A stretch of DNA of 64,000 nt from Eledone cirrhosa (taxonomy: Eukaryota), in assembly GCA_964016885.1 (NCBI GenBank), contig OZ024746.1, positions 29,264,001 to 29,328,000 of the forward strand, in the 5' to 3' direction. This document shows, in pieces, positions 40,601-56,800 of the stretch. Position 1 is the stretch's first letter. Every line of letters begins with the position of its first letter. Made by a program: the position numbers and the translations under genes. The notes under the pieces are model-generated. The model saw only the letters and a program-made list of their open reading frames with translations. It made no database searches and was not told the DNA's origin.

Positions 40601-42801
40601 TTTCCTATATAAACCTTACCATAAACCAGGCGAACACCTATTTTATGTAAATAACCTCCCAAATATATATCTATACATAAGTCTATAATATCCTCTGTCT
40701 GAATCCTTGATATTGTCTATCCATTCTCTACAAACTACTTTCAAAATTGAATTAATGGTTGCTCCTCTGAACGAATGCATTTCATCTGTCTTTGAGATTT
40801 GACAGGACCATTCTAGATATATCGACTGCTCGTGTTACTTTCGAGTAACGATGACAGAGACAGATATTATATATATATATAGCGTCCGAAACATTAAGAC
40901 CCTCTTCCTGCTATATCAAGCGTTAACTTAATATATACCTTCCATATACTGTACCGATTGTGTTGTTATTTCTGTTTACCTTTTACATACATACATATAT
41001 ATATATATACAAAAGGTAAAAGTTAACAACAAAGCAGACAACACAGCCGAAAGAAAGACTATATATCACTAGAGACAGACTGGGTTGGAAACGGAAGATC
41101 TCCAGCTTCTGGAGTTTGCTTCACATATTTATAAACACACTACATTGGAAACGAGAGGTCTCTAACCTTTGGAGTTTGGTTGATATTTCTAGAGACAATT
41201 TAAACTGTAAATAAGAAATCTTCAATATTTTCAACAAGAAAGAATCAAAACTGTTTTGAATTGTATTGAATTCTGTTGTATAATTCACACAAAGCGTTTG
41301 GTTTTTACTCCAAATATTTTAATTTATCTTGGTATGCAGGTCTTGAGTTCTTTCGTGATAAATATTAACTACAAATAAAAGCTTGCGGTACTGTAGTGAC
41401 TCTACTGCTTATTTTTCTTAAGTCTCATACACTCATATTTATGCAAATGTGTGCCTGTTATTGTGTATATAAATATATGCACACACATGTGCACATATTA
41501 CGATATAAACCGTTAAGATTATTCGATAATATAAATTTACATAATATATTTACAAGTACGAACATGTGTATATATCTATATGTCTATATCCATATTTCTC
41601 CCTCTTACCTAATCTATTTCTCTTTCTGCTCCTAAATCAACCCAACGTCAAGGTTATCTATACCAGCTTCATTTACCGAAATAAATATATTTAAAACCAT
41701 TTCTTACATCAAAATATTAAGATAGAATCAATAAAATTTACTTTCTTTTACAACATATTGTGGAATATTTAATAACGATCAAGTATCTAGGAACATACTT
41801 CATCTAATTCCCGATGCCAGTCGGTGTATTAAATTCTGTCGGACTTTGCTTGGTCAAGTTAGTGAGACCAGACCGTAAATTAAGTCATCTGCGAGCCTAC
41901 ATCATACACTTCATCTATTCTATGTACTTAGATGGAGATCACTGGCAACAAAGTGGTGGCACCTTCAGTAAGTGGACTCTGTCGTAGCATCGAGTCAACC
42001 AAAGCCTTGTCAATGTAAATCGATAGAAAGAAAACATGAGAAAATCAGCCGATGGGATCGTTCTCGTTTTTGGGTGGCTGACTTAATCTATTGTCAGATT
42101 TAACACCATAATCTAACCTAATACTCGAGTACCTTTAGCGGAGTCTACTATGTTGCGATGATTTCGACCTGATATCCAGTTTAAGGATGATGACTTCTTT
42201 CCTCAATTCTTTGAATTCTATCCCCAAAAGTTACGGGCGCAGCCCTTCCTCGTCTGACTAAGACAGGAAAGACCCCCCCCCCCACACACACACTCACATA
42301 ACTAAATATTTTCTCCCCTAAACTATATCTATCCTGTTAATGTTGTTTGGATGAAAAAATATAATATAATGTGATGTGTTTCCAGGCAATTTAGAGCAAT
42401 AATGCTTTGACTAACAAAGGCGAGGGGGGAACCACGAGTTAAATAATTATCATTAATTAGTCTTAATTATTTATGATTCCTCTTTAAATAATTCGTCAAT
42501 TAATTGTTCAACACACCCCATTCTATAACTCACGCACCTCCACGTCCAGATTATTACCCTTCACCGCCATCTCCACTCTACCCCTCTTTCTGACTTGCTA
42601 TTATCTACATATTCATTAGCAATCACACAATCAGTCTATCTCTCACTCACTAACACTCTCTTACTCACTTTTTCACACAGTCAGTCTATTACCCCCTCAC
42701 TCACTCATACTCAGCGTATCCCTCACTCACACATTTAATCTCTCATTTACTCAATATACATGCACGCTCTTATGCACGTACAGGAAAATGTATATATGCA
42801 T

Positions 42802-42920
<119 letters not shown>

Positions 42921-43557
42921 GTAGATAAATCTACCAAAAATTTACGGTAGTGTCCAATCCGTATGAAGAACTCAATGTAATCCGGATATCATGAAAAGAG
43001 AAGATGCATTCAAAAACTATTTTCGGTGAAAATTAACGGAAAACAGAGTCAAGATAAATTAATAAAGTAATGAATAAACAAAGAAACAATTCATCATTTT
43101 ACGATAGTTTCTAGGACATATATGTGTTAGTGTTGGTATGCATATTCTATAGATCTATGTAAAATATTTATACAAACTATATATATATATACACATTCAT
43201 ACTTATCGATACTGACATACTCCTGTAAACATATATATACTCCGTAGTTTTCGTGGGCCCATAGATATTTATCCTGAACCTCCCTCTCCATGGCGCAGGT
43301 CTGGACAGGGTATTTTGAGAATAATCACCAATGTCACTCTGTTGTCAAATATGTGACACAGCTTGGCCCTAGTGTCGTTGCAGGAGTTGATACAACCAGA
43401 ATAATACCACAAGGTATCAAACGTTCGACACTCAAACAACTGTGTCAGTCCACCATCATGGATTGGTAATTTATTTATCGATTAAAAAGGATGGAAGGAT
43501 TTGAACTTATCTAAGAAAGTCGGAACAAATACAGTAATGAGTTCTATTCAGAACTCT

Positions 43558-43718
<161 letters not shown>

Positions 43719-44091
43719 ATATATAAATATATAAATATATAAATATAAATATATAAATATATAAATATAAATATATAAATATATAAATATATATAAATTA
43801 ATAAAAACAATGAATAAAAACAAAGAAACAGTTCCTTATATTAAAAAATTCATCATTTTACGATCGTTTCTAGGATATATATGTGTGTGTTGGTATGTAT
43901 ATCATATAGATCTATGTAAAAATATTACAAACTATCAGAGGGAATATACATACCTACACATATATATGCTGTCTTCATTCTGAAGACAGCATATATATGT
44001 GTAGGTATGTATATTCCCTCTGATAGTTTGTAAAATTTTTACATAGATCTATATAATATACATACCTACACATATATATGCTGTCTTCATT

Positions 44092-44217
44092 CTGAAGACA
44101 GCATATATATGTGTAGGTATGTATATTCCCTCTGATAGTTTGTAAAATGTTTACATAGATCTATATGATATACATACCAACACACACATATATATCCTAG
44201 AAACGATCGTAAAATGA
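44092..44217 (+). ncRNA. Hammerhead with 101-nt stem II (same family as 10399)
   Basis: CTGAAGA at 44092 and GAAA-cgatcg-TA at 44200-44211. The 5' strand of stem I is altered by the fold-back junction. Confidence 0.6.
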
Positions 44218-44405
44218 TGAATTTTTTAATATAAGGAACTGTTTCTTTGTTTTTATTCATTGTTTATATTAATTTATCTTGACTCTGTTTTCCTGTGATT
44301 TTCATCGAAAAAATATTTGAATACATCTTTTCTTTTCATGATATTTGGATTACATTGAGTTCTTCATACGGATTGGACACTACCGTATATTTTGGTAGAT
44401 TTATC

Positions 44406-44456
<51 letters not shown>

Positions 44457-44938
44457 TAATGATGATTCCTGACTCAAGGCAAGTCCATATTATTTGGATG
44501 TCCTAAACAAGGAAGAAACCATGGTAGAGATATAATTACGGTATGTGCGCATTTCTTCTAAGTTTAATTTTACTACTAATTACGTGCGGTTGACGATATA
44601 TTTGATCGGATTCTGCATGCTGCCGAAGTGTTTGATAAATAATGGAACGGAGTTACCGCGAACTAGCTGCGATCAATTATTTGTCGGAGATTTCCCCGTT
44701 AGAAAATTTACTCTTAAAGCTTGCTAGATTTGATTATGTATATGGTTAATTATGCTGATTAGAAGAAGAAATAATATATATTTTAATATCTGATTGATTC
44801 TATAGACATGATTTATGATATAATGCTCTGATTTTTTGATTTTAATTTATTAATTCTTCATTGAGCTTAAAAGTGAACAGTTGCAACACATATATGTATC
44901 CTTGATTTAATTTAATTTAATTTTATGTATGTGATAAC

Positions 44939-45013
<75 letters not shown>

Positions 45014-45571
45014 CTCTCTCTCTCTTACACAAAATAAAAGAAAAGAAAATAATTCTATCATGATATCAGACCAAGGACAAATATTTGTCTTTCCATTGTT
45101 GATTACAATTCCAGTGATCTGAAATGAGATTTGAACTGAGAGCTCAGACAGCCCAAACAGATACTGCACACCGTCGTCTTTGACACTTGAGCAATTCTAC
45201 CCCAATCTACCGCCCCGAAAGGATGAAAGGCAAGGTTGACATTGATGGAATTTGAACTCTGAACATATACCAAAGCCTTTCATCCGACACTAACGAATCT
45301 GCAATGTTGCACCACTTCCTCTAAATAGTTAATTAAACACAGGCACGTTATTTCTTTCCCAAAACATTTTTTTTCCGTTTCTTCCTCTTCTCACTCTCGT
45401 TTATCTTTCTATTTCTTCTTTTACTTCTTATTCTCTCTTCCAATGAAGGACAAACGTCCGGAACGTTAAGACTGCTTTCCTACTATATTAGACGTCAAAC
45501 GAATACATATCTTTATCGTACTGTATCGTTTTCCTGTGTTGTTTATCCGTTTACTCTTCGCGCGCGCGCAG

Positions 45572-45653
<82 letters not shown>

Positions 45654-45909
45654 GCACACACACGCACTTTTGTAACCACTACACACCGCTCTGAACATAT
45701 ACGTTTGTATTCATATTTACTATAGACCCATGTTCAAGGTTTTGGTGCATCCACAGGTTTTTAGTGATTGCTCTCATGAATGGATTGAAATGGAGAACAA
45801 ATAGTTTTTAACTGCTTTGATACCAAATCACCTGACACATACCATACTTCTCTGAAACAAAGCTGCCTATTTTATAGTGTTTACATGTATGTTCTGCTTC
45901 TTTCATCAT

Positions 45910-46097
45910 AATTGTTTCTACTTTTGGCACAAGGCCAGCAATTACTCAGTACATTACTGGTACTTTATTTTATCGACCCCGTAAGGATGAAAGGCAAAGT
46001 TAACCTCGGCGGGATTTGAACTCAGACCGTAAAGGGACGTAACTATGCTGGAAAGCATGGCGTCCGACTCTCTACTGATACTGCCAATCCACCGCCC
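45910..46097 (-). mobile_element. Same SINE family; further minus copies at 48207-48390, 59245-59428 and 59476-59658
   Basis: Full-length copy with TSD ttcatcataat. Confidence 0.9.
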
Positions 46098-46482
46098 TTC
46101 ATCATAATGTGAGAACCTTTGTTAAGTTATTCTTCAAATTCCAACTTATTAATCAGAAAGTTGATTATATTACTAAATTCCTTTAAATTCTTGATTATCT
46201 TCAAAATTATTTGAAATATCACCGGTAGTGTCTTCCACTATAAATATAGCAGTGAGAGTGTTAACGGCCTCTAATATCATAAATCGGTCTGGTCGTTGAG
46301 TGCTCTTCATGATAGACTAACAAAGAATGTAATATGGGAGAGTATCAGAGAATCCTTACTTCCTTAAAGTTCATGGAAAGTATTTGCGATAATTTATTTC
46401 TATGTTGAATTGTTGTGGGTGTGGCGAATAACGGGGAATGATTTCATTTTGGTACACAAATAGCTTAACCCATTTGCTCTCT

Positions 46483-46524
<42 letters not shown>

Positions 46525-47051
46525 GAGTAGTGATTGAGGAAGATGTCCAGAGGCTGGACTTCACCATAGAGAACGTAGAGGGGCTGGCAAAGAATCGCCA
46601 GCTATGGAAAGCATAGGTGGACCTGGTCAGTTCTACGCACAATGACTCCTCTGGGACCGCTGACCATGATGACCCTAGTCCCTTTAAGCAAGAGCAATCC
46701 ATGTGTAGTAGAAGTAGTTTTGGTCATATTGGGAAACATAACGTTTTATTTTAAGAGTGATTGTCATAACATCCTATATCGTAATAAAGTTATATCTGCG
46801 ATGTACTTATATATTTTATTGCTGGGGTAAGGAAGCTTTTCAATTCAAAGGAATATTTTTTCATATTATTTCTTCTTCTACTTCTTCTTTTGCTTGCAAG
46901 GGCCGGTGGGTCAGGGTCCTCAAGCACGCCTTCCAGATACATTTGCAATTGATCCAGCTGGATCCCCAACCGAGGCCAACCGAGCTAATGGGTGTTATCC
47001 AACCATTTTGCTCACGGTCTAGCTGTGGGTATCCTGCCCGTACAATCTGTA

Positions 47052-47108
<57 letters not shown>

Positions 47109-47163
47109 ATACTTGGGGAGGGTCATATTGCTGTAATAATATTGCCAGAATTAATAACAGAAC

Positions 47164-47238
<75 letters not shown>

Positions 47239-47252
47239 ATATATATATATGT

Positions 47253-47337
<85 letters not shown>

Positions 47338-47384
47338 TATGTATAAGGTAAGTATATACGTTCAACAATCTGGCAGGAAGGTAT

Positions 47385-47427
47385 ACGTTGCTGACGATAG
47401 CTAATAAGCTTGAAACTAGTACAGCGT
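47385..47427 (+). ncRNA. Minimal type I hammerhead ribozyme
   Basis: acgttg-CTGACGA-t agct aata agct t-GAAA-ctag-TA-cagcgt. Confidence 0.8.
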
Positions 47428-48077
47428 TCCTTTGTCAGTGTTGAACAAACGAGCAACGATAGTTGCTGGACACTACGGCTTAATACGGGATGTTTGTTTA
47501 CAAACACACCGAGCATTATAATAAATGTTCGGTGAATCCATACGTACATATATATATGTGTGCATGTGTGTATATGTAACAGCCGTACTAAGAGTGGGAA
47601 ATGAAATTTCGTTTCATTTTTTCCGTTTATATATATATATATATATATATTGAGTATACGTGTAATAACCCCCCCCCCACTACCAACACCACGGGAGATG
47701 GTGGCAGGAGGGATGAAGAAAAACACACTCAGATACTTCTAAATTGTCAGCAACAGCAAGACATAAGCTGACTACAACTCCAACAACACTACCAACACAA
47801 GAATTGCGGTCAGATGTACCTAACAATAACAAGAACAACAACTACAGATTGGCTTGCCTCAGAACAAACTTCTATAGACTTTTGAATGAGGAATGTTCTA
47901 ACAACTGACCAATGAAAGGAGAAGAGGCCCTTTGACACTGAAATTCGTTTGTTTGAATTCACATGATTCCAGTTCCTCAGTGAAATAACAACCCAACCAG
48001 GAACTGGGCATATCAGAGTATTGACAAAATTATACACCTCAACAACATATGTACTTGTCTATACCACACTAATTCGG

Positions 48078-48132
48078 ACTGCCTGAAGAGGTCACAGCCA
48101 AAGATGGCTGTCACCGAAATATATATAGCAGT
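48078..48132 (+). ncRNA. Type I hammerhead ribozyme
   Basis: actgc-CTGAAGA-ggtcacagcca aaga tggctgtcacc-GAAA-tatata-TA-gcagt. Confidence 0.85.
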
Positions 48133-48167
48133 AATAAACGAAGCTAAATTTTAAACATTTAACTTTT

Positions 48168-48210
<43 letters not shown>

Positions 48211-48392
48211 TCTACTTTAGGCACAAGGCCAGCAATTACCCAGTTCATTACTGGTACTTTATTTTATCGACCCCGTAAGGATGAAAGGCAAAGTCAACCT
48301 CGGCGGGATTTGAACTCAGATCGTAAAGAGACGTAACTATGCTGGAAAGCATGGCGTCCGGCCCTCTACCGATACTGCCAATCCACCGCCGT

Positions 48393-48446
<54 letters not shown>

Positions 48447-49022
48447 GGGGGGGGAGAGAGATTTTATGAATATACATTTATGAGGGTGCTTACTTGCACT
48501 TCGATATAAGAAGCTTTATCATCCTTGCCTTTGTACCCAGTGAGTAAACGTCTTTGTAGTTGGACGAATATCCTGAAATTTTAATGTTTAATATTCCCAC
48601 ATGACTACTGGTGTAACTAAGATAAGATTATAGCTTAACATACATGTGCGTTATACATAAACATATTGTATATGGCCTCAAATACGCCTCTCCTCTCGAC
48701 CAAATTATCTTCTACAGGTCAGTCTTATCAATTACTGCTCTCTTGTTACACGTACAATGATCTAGGAATACACTGAGTGACCTGGGGATTGCACACACAC
48801 ACACACCCTAAAATGAATAAATACGCACACACATTTACACATACATGAATATATATGCGCACGCACGCACGCACGGACGGACGGACACACACACACATAT
48901 ATATATATATATACAGGCACATACATACACACACGCATATATATATACATAAATACATCTATATATATATATATACATAAATACATCCATATATATATAT
49001 ATATATATATACATAAATACAT

Positions 49023-49203
<181 letters not shown>

Positions 49204-49681
49204 CGTACATACATGCATACACGCCAACAGTTTATAAAGTATAACACACTGAAACTAAATTGATATTCTTTAAGTCTCCTTCTCTTCTTCCAACGACTGC
49301 CCCATCTCTCCCCCACCCAGCTTCCATTAATTCCTCCCCACCCTACTACTGTCTTATTAGTCTGATACAACAACAACAACAATATATATGTGTCAATTAG
49401 ATGGACAAACTTCACACAGAACACAAATTAATATTATTACCTAAATTACATAATTAACTCCAACTCATTAACTCCTTATTTTTATTTAGGTAGACATCGA
49501 ACAGATATTTCAGTAAATTACACTTAAATTACACTTAAAATACACTTACTGTCCGATATTATACTACTGTGTACTGATCCAATATATTTAATAACTTAAT
49601 ACTCAGTATTATAAATAAAATAATAGTTGTATATATACAGCTTCCTCGTACGTGCGTATAGAGACACGCCTGAACAGACGG

Positions 49682-49734
<53 letters not shown>

Positions 49735-49804
49735 ATCAAAAGATGGTTAAAAGAGTTCCATCTATTTTATTATGCGCATTTCTAAAACAAATATCATGTC
49801 CCCC

Positions 49805-49875
49805 TATTTTATCTGACGAAAACGCAAATGTTATTGCATGATGATATTTGTTTTTGAAATGCGCATAATAAAATA
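49805..49875 (+). ncRNA. Type I hammerhead (same family as 12623)
   Basis: tattttat-CTGACGA-hairpin-GAAA-tgcgca-TA-ataaaata, with a perfect 8-bp stem I. Confidence 0.8.
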
Positions 49876-49998
49876 CATGGAACTCTTTTAACCATCTTTT
49901 GATCTTATATATTATTTATACTCCAGTCCTACAAACTGTAGAGTGCTTCTTATCCGATATCTGCATTGCTTTATTGTACTACAATAAAACTCACCTCC

Positions 49999-50113
<115 letters not shown>

Positions 50114-50334
50114 GTTAAAGGTAAACAGAAATAACAACACAATCGGTACAGTTATATTAGAAGGAATATATTAGGTTAACGCTTGAAATAACAGGAAGAG
50201 GGTCTTAACGTTTCGGACTCTAGTCCTTGATCAGAAGAAAGAATGAGAAATAAGATAGATTGAAGGGACGGGCGGGTTGGGATTGGAAAAAATATCTTTA
50301 GATAAAAATAACAGGTCCATTGATGTTGACATCT

Positions 50335-50384
<50 letters not shown>

Positions 50385-50914
50385 CGCGTGTGTGTGCGTG
50401 TGTGTGTGTCTGGATGTGTGTGTGTGTAACGTTGATTTAAAAATAAGGCTGTGTGGTTACTAAGCAATATTATTAAAAAAAACACATACAGTCACGGCCC
50501 TTGCCATTCTGAGTTCAAATCCCGTCGAGGTTAACTTTGCCTTTCATCCTTACCCGGGTCGATAAAATAAAGAACCAGTAATACATTGGATAATTGCTGG
50601 CCTTATGCCTATTGTAGAAACAATTATTAAAAAAACACGCGGATGAAAACAAGGAAGATACACACACAAGGATAATTCTCGCTCAGCGGCTGCCTTCTGT
50701 GGATCATTAGAGTTTCGAATACATGCATACATGACTGTCAAGTTTAAATAGCTTCATCAGATTAATGTGTTATTTATCTATATGTGAACGTGTTAGGGTG
50801 TGTGTTTTCAAAACACAATTGTGCTGAAGCTTGATCGTTTTTATTAATGATTGTTCATATTTCTTTAATAATATTTCAAGTTTCATTTGACACTAGTTTT
50901 CCTAAATCAATGTG

Positions 50915-50958
50915 TCCCTTAACGTTTCGAGATTTTGACATCACCGTCGTCAGAATGA
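50915..50958 (-). ncRNA. Degenerate minimal hammerhead
   Basis: tcatt-CTGACGA-cggtgatgtcaaaatctc-GAAA-cg-TT-aaggg. Stems are imperfect. Confidence 0.45.
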
Positions 50959-51896
50959 GAATGATTGCAGTGGTGGTGTGTTGTTCATGTGTTATGCGGT
51001 GGTCACAAAATTTCAATGCACTACTTAGAAAATCATGGCCGCCAGATTAAAAAGTAAATCTTCAATGACTGGCAGTTTATAAAATTAATTTCACGTAGGC
51101 GGTAATTGTGGCAATTTTTGGTTTATATTTTGGATATTAGTAAAACAGCAATAGTTACTCACCACATTTTATTTGGAATTCTATATTGAATTATGATGTT
51201 ATCAACTATTGTTTTCCTATCTAATTTTGTTGCATGTACCATATAATAATATGTTGCGGTGGTAAGTGCATAGTTAACCGATGAGAAAGTGTCGTAATTT
51301 TAGAACAGATATAAAAGTTTGAGTCATAAAGTTTACTACTTTCACGTTTACATTGGAATTTGTATATTACATTGGTCAGTGGTTTGCTAGTTTGGGTGTG
51401 TCCTGGTTTATGTTTATGTCTAAACCACTTATCAACCGGTGCTGTCAGTTTCTGCTCTAATTTAGCAGGAAGACAAATACAGATCTTTAAAAGTAAATAC
51501 CAGGCTTAAATAAATAAATAAATAAAATATTTAATGATGAAACCGGTCAAAGAGTAAATATTGTGTAGGCTGTAGCCGAAATTCTTCTGGTCAGTTATTT
51601 GGGGAGGCAGTATGGGCAAATTGTTAAGAAGATCACTTAGTCATTTAGTATAGCTCCAGATCGGACCTGCCTTATGAATGAAATTGGGCAGACGGAAACT
51701 GTTTAGAAGCCCGTCAGATGGACAGTAGCTGTAATTGAAAAGGTCACTCTCGTCCCACACTATGTCACACTGAATCTCCCTGAGTACACACCAGGCTTTT
51801 AAATGATCACTCACGCTTTTAATTCATGAGTGTGCTGCACATGCGTAGCTATTACCATGTATGTGTATAAAGATATACATATATACTTATAGAATA

Positions 51897-51981
<85 letters not shown>

Positions 51982-52336
51982 TGTGTGTGTGTGTCTGTGT
52001 GTGTGAAACGTTATACATATACATGCATACATATATATGTATGTGTAAAGATATTCATGTATAGTTATATGATATTGTGTGTGGGTATGTGTAAAAATAT
52101 ACATATATACTTATATAATATTGTGTATGTGTGCGCGTGTAAAATATATATATACATGCATACTTATATAATGTGTGTGTGTAGGAAAAATATGCATAAA
52201 TATGCATATTCTAGTAATGTGTGTGTTAGTGTGTAAATATATATTTACATACTTATATAATAGTGTGTGTAAACATACACATTTATTCTTATATAATATA
52301 TCCGTGTGCGTGTATTTAAAGATAGGAATACTTAAG

Positions 52337-52383
<47 letters not shown>

Positions 52384-52893
52384 TGTATGTGTATGTGTGT
52401 GTGTCTGTGTGTGTGTGTTTGTGTATGTGAGTGTGTGTTTGTGTGTGTGTGTGTTTGTGTATGTGAGTGTGTGTTTGTGTGTGTGTGTGTTTGTGTATGT
52501 GTGCATGTGTGCGTGTGTGTGTGTGTTTGCGTATGTGAGTGTGTGTTTGTGTATGTGTGTGAGTCTGTGTGTGTAAATGTAACATACATGTTTTCGCGTG
52601 TAGGACGTTGCGAATACTGTCTCGCACATGTACACACATACATACTAACACATGCACACATATCCACACAGGTTTATACACGCAATTACGCACACGAAAT
52701 GAAAACGTGTATGATTCTATGTTTGGTAGGTTGTGTATATATAACAACTCTGCACTGGTAGAATAATCCAGCATCTCAGCTATATAAACACATACACACA
52801 TACACATACACACATAAATATATATATAGAAATGTACATGCATGTGTGTGTGTGTGAGTAAGTATATATACATACCTATTTATATCACACATA

Positions 52894-53079
<186 letters not shown>

Positions 53080-53097
53080 TGTATGTATATATATATG

Positions 53098-53189
<92 letters not shown>

Positions 53190-53211
53190 TATATATTTGT
53201 ATATATAAATG

Positions 53212-53242
<31 letters not shown>

Positions 53243-53589
53243 GTATGTATATATGTACACACACGCACACACACACACATATATATATGTATGATATATA
53301 TAGACACAAACTAAATACAACAATAACACCAACACACCCAAACAAACTACAAACCAAACTAATTTCATAAAGTTCTCGCCCGCCAGATGGCGTGTTAAGG
53401 TGAAGAAGCTATCTACGCATTTCTACAGTTTTCTAAGTGCATACAAACACAGGCAATAAATGTCAGGAGTTCTCCTCACTTAATTCTTTAAGTGACTGAT
53501 AATTCACATATTCCTTAGCTTCGACTTAAAATAATTTCTATTATTTTATTTTTTACCAGTACATAACTCATTGTACTATTGACATCCTG

Positions 53590-53835
53590 TGTGTGTGTGT
53601 ATGTGTTCCACAATGCTTCAAGCAAACTGCAAAATGTGGAGGTTTTTTTTCCTTTAACTAACTCTCCATAAAAGAGTTGTTTTGGTATTCTGGAATCCTT
53701 CATCTTGACAAGGTGACCACAAGGTGACCACTTCATCGGAGTTTTGCTTAAGCTCAAGAGCTTCTATACTTTCATACAGAGAGCTTTCCAAAATCTCGAC
53801 ATCACTGATGTGGTCCCTCCAGTGAGCGTCATGGG
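53590..53835 (-). pseudogene. RTE RT C-terminal fragment
   Basis: GHLVKMKDSRIPKQLFYGELVKGK. Confidence 0.75.
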
Positions 53836-53871
53836 TCCGTCTGAGAGTATGTATGTATGTATATATGTATG

Positions 53872-56800
53872 TTTTCTCTTTCTCTTAATTTCGAGTATAT
53901 TTTTTTGACCGGCCACCTTCCTGGTGGCAAGGTTGTATAAGAAAAGAAATTGTCATCCCTTGAATCGCAAGAATGTTTTGCATATTTTGAAGGTGCCAGC
54001 TATCGCAGCCATTTGTAGACTATGAATTAGGGAGCTGCGCTTTTTGTCCGCAAATCCAAGTTCGGTCATACTTTGGTCCAAGCGGGTTGGTATATAACCC
54101 GTAGCACCAATAATGATGGGTATGAAGCTAAAGGTGTATCTTGGATACTGGATTTGTAAGCTCCTCATCAATGGTCCGTAGATGTCCTCCTTCTCCTGTA
54201 TTTTTCTGACAACGTTTACATCAAGTGGGCAGCTGATCTCCACAACAGAACACGTTTTCAATGTGTGGTCCCAAACTACAATATCAGGCCGGTTGTGCTT
54301 TAATTTGGTGGCAGTTTTTATTTTCAGGTTCCACCAGTATTCCTTAGTGCCATCTGTCTCAATATATTCTTCCTCGTTTGTTGTTAATTTTGTTTTCCGA
54401 AGTGCGTTCCAGATAGTTCTAGCTATCCCATCGTGTCTCATGGGGAGGTAGTAGCGAGATGACATTCTTTCGCAGCTGGCAACAATGTGGCTTACATCCT
54501 CGATCTTTGTTTTACATAGCCTACATTTATTGTCAGCTGCTGGCCCTCCTCTTTTGTGCAGCAGATATTTGGTAGGGAGTTCTTGTTCCTGTATTGCATA
54601 GAGATATCCCTCAAGGTGTGATGTCATAAACTTGTCGGAACTCCATGCCAGGCTTTTTGAGTGGTTTATCCCCTCTATGGTCTGTGTTTTACGCCTCAAG
54701 TATCCATGCACAACTTTCTCTGTAAATTGGTCAATTTTTTTTTCTTGTTTGAACATTGAATAGGATCTTCCGATTTCTCTGGGTGAGAGATTTATATCAG
54801 GCTTTATTCCATATCTCTCCTCCAGATCAGTCGCTATTCTAATGATATTTCTTTTTTCATGCTCATAAACCTGAGCAAGATGGTCGCCAACCTTTTTCCT
54901 CTGTTGAAGGTGTTGCTTCAGTGTTACTATCCGGGTCTCATATGTTGTTAATATTGATTTTAGACCCCGGCCACCTTCCTTGCGTGAGAAGTATAGCCTA
55001 TCCACATCACCATTGATGTTAAAGTTCCCAGTAACACTGAGAAGTTTTCGAGTTCTAACATCCATCTCACTTAGTTCTTGCAATGACCAGTTCAGTAGGC
55101 CAAATGTTGGCGTTAGAATTGGCACAGCATAGGTATTGTGGGCAATGTATTTGTTGTATGCTGACAGTTCTGATGACCATATTTTTTTTACTCTTCTGAG
55201 GTATTCAGTTCTGGTTCTCTCCTTATTTATGGGTCCATCATATCTGACATTCTCATCCTGTCCAAGATATCTGTAGTTGTCACCTGACTGCAGAGGTTGT
55301 ATTGTCAGGCCGTTCATATCTAGATTTCTAGAGGAGGGCACAGCTCTTCCACGTTTTACTGCCAAATATGCACACTTGGACTCACCAAATTTCATTTTGA
55401 TGTCGGTTGAAAATTGTGTAATGAGGTCCAATTGTTTCTTGATGTCATTGATATTTGGCCCATACAACTTCAGGTCATCAACAAAGAAAAGATGGGAGAT
55501 ACTTCTGGGCCCACTTCTTTGTCCACCTTGTTTCCTGAGTAGGTAAGATAGTGGATTCAGTGAGAGAACGAAGAGTAGTACTGACAAGCTATCACCCTGA
55601 AAGATGCCCTTCTGGTAATGTATCCTATCAGTCTTAACCTGCTCCTTCTCACCTCTAAGGATCAAATTGGTGTACCAGTTCTTGGTCAGGCGTTCAACAG
55701 CAGCTACTAATGGTTGTGGGACTTTATCTAACTGTAAAGCCTTAATAATCCACCCATGAGGTACACTATCAAATGCTTTTTGATAGTCCAGCCACACGAC
55801 AGTCATGTTTCTGCGATTCTTTGTTGTTTTTTCCTGAATCATTTTGTTAGTTAGTAGGTGATCTATGCAACCCCACACCTCCCTCTTTCCACCAGCTTGC
55901 TCAGGTGTTATGATGTTGTTGGTAGCACAGTGATCCTGTAAGAACAGGTTAAGGCACTCAGTATATAATTTATACATGATGTTTTGGCAGGCAATTGGGC
56001 GGTAATTTTTAGCAAGGGTGGTTTGGCTATTTTGGGGAATGAGGAGAGTAGTGGCAGTTGATAACCATCTGGGCAGTTCTTGTGTGCCCTTAATGGTTTC
56101 TGTAAACAGCCGTATGAGATCTTGCCGATAGAAAGTGAAATTCTTCAACCAGTATCCTGTAATGAGGTCTGGGCCTGGCGATTTCCTATTCGACATTTTC
56201 TGTAGAGCTGTTTCCAGTATTGACCCATCTATGTCATATTGTTTTGTCTGGACATGTTGGCAGTAGTCCTGTTCCAGTTGTTTTAGCCAATTAGCTTGTC
56301 TGTTGAATCCGTCATCCGTTTCCCATACAGATCTCCAGTTGTTCTCAACCTGTTCTTTTGAAGGGGTGTCGTTTACAGGGATTGAGCTTTTGCCACCGAA
56401 GCTGCGATAAACTGATTTAGGATCTCTGGCAAACAATCTATTTAGCACTTGTCGTTTATGGGCTGTTGACTTATATTTTAGTCTTTCTGTTGTAGCTGTG
56501 AGTTGTTGTTTCAACTGGTGTAATTTGGAGTTCAAAGTTTTAAATTTGGTATCTCCAAATCGTCTCTCTAACTTTTTCTTTAGGTCTTCCTGGTGTCGTG
56601 TGAAGTTTCTCTCTATGTTGCATTTCATAATGACTGCGATGTGTGAGATACTTCGTCTCAGGGACAAAATTTTGGTTTTTAAATTTCGCATCCACGCTGG
56701 TTCAGGCTTTCTGTTTGTATCTTGATTGCGTGGTTTTAGATGTGTGTTATATGATAGCAATGTGACAGCTGAAACATATAAAAAAACATTGAGCGTTTCA

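Noticed and set aside
50705-50765. Additional hammerhead-like cores at about 50753 (-), 7057 (-), 22400 (-) and 26422 (-)
   Set aside because: Core or stems are too degenerate to call by eye.
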